DNA from: a virus
Reading direction: 5' to 3' (one strand)
Virus record (IMG/VR): IMGVR_UViG_3300048856_000029
Coordinates: 24,846 to 88,845 of that record
DNA length: 64,000 bases
The stretch's first letter is position 1. Each line of letters begins with the position of its first letter. A model generated the notes under the pieces. That model saw only the letters and a program-made list of their open reading frames with translations. It was not told the DNA's origin and did not search any database. The translations under genes were made by a program, and so were the position numbers. Shown here one piece after another: positions 62,306-64,000 of the stretch.

Positions 62306-62539
62306 CAGTTCGTTGGCACGATCCTGTGGCTGCTCGCCCTCTTCGTCGGCAGCCTTTCCATAACCGCGTTCACAGAGGACCGAGACCTCAAATTGGGCAT
62401 CACCATCTTAGCCGTGGCAGCGGCCCTGGGCGTTATCGCTTGGCATTTTCCAACCTATGGCTGGTCGTCTGGATCGCATCGCGGGAGCAACTGCTACACC
62501 GACTGGGATGGGCGCTCCAACCCGACCGTATGTGACTGA
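62303..62539 (+). CDS. Small two-TM membrane protein
   Basis: Two hydrophobic helices then CYTDWDGRSNPTVCD. Confidence 0.6.
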   Translation: MQFVGTILWLLALFVGSLSITAFTEDRDLKLGITILAVAAALGVIAWHFPTYGWSSGSHRGSNCYTDWDGRSNPTVCD

Positions 62540-62623
62540 TCGCTCAGTGCCGTGCGGTTTATGGTTAACCAACCATTAAAACCGCACGCGTCGTCGTCAA
62601 ATGAAATGTCCGATAATGTTGCA

Positions 62624-63136
62624 TTATCGGACGTTTTGAAAGGGCGCGGTCAGAGCTTCTATCGACGCTCTCGCCCGACCCAGGCACGCCTCAAGTCCCT
62701 CAACCACACTCGCCTGCGGGCGTCGTTCGCCGAAGTCCAAAGCGGCATTGCTTCCGGGCGGCGTGATCACCGCATAGTGGTCATTCGGGCTGTAGATCGA
62801 GATCCGGTAGCCTTTAAACTGCTCGACATAACTGGGCACTGGCGCGATCTCCTCGTCTCGCCGACGCAGCATAGCATCCCAATACTCCTCGACAACTCTG
62901 GCTGCGTCAGACGCCGTGGGCATCCAACCATTGTTCGGCATGATCCAGGTGCGACACCCCGTCGGATACTGCCCGGCCCAGCGCCACTGCCCTGCCTTCA
63001 AGGTTTGATCGTCAAGGTAGATCCGGCCAATATTCACCTCGCCGTCGAAACCGACATAGTCTTCCGGCACGTTGCCGTGCCTGTCACGGTCGTCGGGCCA
63101 GGTGCGGGACCAGCGGTATTTCTTCTGCCACACCAT
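62624..63136 (-). CDS. Hypothetical protein of the rhizobial prophage-associated type
   Basis: YRWSRTW...DYVGFDGEVNIGRIY...WRWAG. Confidence 0.65.
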   Translation of the reverse strand: MVWQKKYRWSRTWPDDRDRHGNVPEDYVGFDGEVNIGRIYLDDQTLKAGQWRWAGQYPTGCRTWIMPNNGWMPTASDAARVVEEYWDAMLRRRDEEIAPVPSYVEQFKGYRISIYSPNDHYAVITPPGSNAALDFGERRPQASVVEGLEACLGRARASIEALTAPFQNVR

Positions 63137-63261
63137 CGAACGTTAGGGTTCTCTTAACTACGAATTGCTAATGTGATCACGGCAGCAATCTCCTCCCCTC
63201 GTATGCTGCTGTCGTTTTAGGAACTTGGCCCAGGCTCTCGCCCTGGGCCTTTTTCCTTTGG

Positions 63262-63546
63262 TCAGCGCGGAAGCTGGCCGAGGATCCATCCATTCCCGCT
63301 TTTGTTGCCGCACGCCAGGCATCGGAGCCGTGGCGCTAGCGAAAGAACCGGCGTCTCCTGGCCCCATTTCCGCGCCAACTCGTAGCGCAGCAGCCAGGCC
63401 TCACGCTCACATTTCGAGCAGTGCGCACCAAGGGCGTGCCACTCTGGAATGTCGGCAAATGTCACCCGTGGCTCCGTAAGCGGACCCAGATAGATGATCT
63501 CGTCACGGCCTGGTCGGCCGAGGGTTATGCCGCGGCGATGCCTCAT
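63262..63546 (-). CDS. Small Zn-ribbon protein, LexA-box preceded
   Basis: CSKC and CLAC; start placed at ATG 63546. Confidence 0.7.
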   Translation of the reverse strand: MRHRRGITLGRPGRDEIIYLGPLTEPRVTFADIPEWHALGAHCSKCEREAWLLRYELARKWGQETPVLSLAPRLRCLACGNKSGNGWILGQLPR

Positions 63547-63561
63547 GTTCTCTATTTGTTC
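63547..63561. promoter_or_regulatory. Alphaproteobacterial LexA (SOS) box abutting the start codon
   Basis: GTTC-tctattt-GTTC. Confidence 0.7.
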
Positions 63562-63735
63562 ACATGCTGCTATAGAGTCAATCCTCTTGGTGCCATTCGC
63601 GTTCCACGACGAAATATGCGATAGAGGTCGAGTCGAGAGCGAAGCAGCAGGCGTCGTGCCAGCCGACGTCAACTCACGGAGATGAGCATCGTGAGGTGAG
63701 GCAGCAGGCTCTGCTCTCGAACCGAGGAGGTGAGA

Positions 63736-63828
63736 ATGATGTGGCTAATACCCATCAGGATCACGCTGCGGATACAGAAAACCCGGACGAGCTGGTCAGT
63801 GACCGTCCGGGTTAATCTGTTATCCTAA
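63736..63828 (+). CDS. 30-aa small protein (not in ORF track)
   Basis: GAGGAGGT RBS; MMWLIPIRITLRIQKTRTSWSVTVRVNLLS*; strong hairpin downstream (63838-63869). Confidence 0.55.
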   Translation: MMWLIPIRITLRIQKTRTSWSVTVRVNLLS

Positions 63829-64000
63829 GCAGTAAACGAGGGTCAGGCGGTTCGCGCTGCCTGGCTCTCACTCCGGAAAGATACAGCGATCGACTCCGGA
63901 TTTCAAGGTCCGTCGCCTGCCTGCCGCATCCCTGAACGTCGCATTCATGGCCGTCGCCGCGATTCTTTTTCCATCGCCGGTGGCCACTACGAGCGATACC

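Noticed and set aside
1-64000. Integrase/att sites or virion structural module
   Set aside because: None is recognisable in this window apart from a possible tail-associated fragment at 1-98, so integration status cannot be judged.

Overview
The window is the replication, recombination, nucleotide-metabolism and accessory half of a large temperate phage or phage-plasmid. The host is probably an alphaproteobacterium of the Rhizobiaceae type (high GC, RepC with ctRNA, GTTC-N7-GTTC LexA boxes, clustered GANTC sites). The gene set resembles SSU5/pHCM2-type phage-plasmids: phoH, DnaB-like helicase, primase, ATP-dependent ligase, XRE regulator, CobT/CobS-like vWA+AAA pair, sigma-like factor, DnaE, gp32-like SSB, 5'-3' exonuclease, RecA, SbcCD, RuvC-like resolvase, class II RNR, ThyX, dUTPase, rIIA/rIIB and DnaQ. 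The plasmid replicon, however, is a rhizobial RepC with no adjacent repAB. The most striking unexplained signals are: (1) seven unrelated ORFs ending in the same C-terminal decapeptide (about Y-x-x-N-P-L-[YF]-G-R-F-stop) written with different synonymous codons; (2) a second peptide, EAAx[TS]GD[ML]xAAI[NT], in three unrelated proteins; (3) about 26 copies of a palindromic operator T[AC]AGT[CA]A-N4-TGA[CT]T[GT]A; (4) a non-coding transcript carrying a candidate pseudoknot, a tRNA-Cys(GCA) with a long variable arm and a cuckoo/ar14-like CCUCCUCCC hairpin RNA; (5) a T7 gp0.7-like kinase, HD hydrolase, MazG-like and RtcB cluster containing three small indels; and (6) a duplicated 81-bp leader between divergent small ORFs. 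All calls come from reading motifs by eye; no database search was run.
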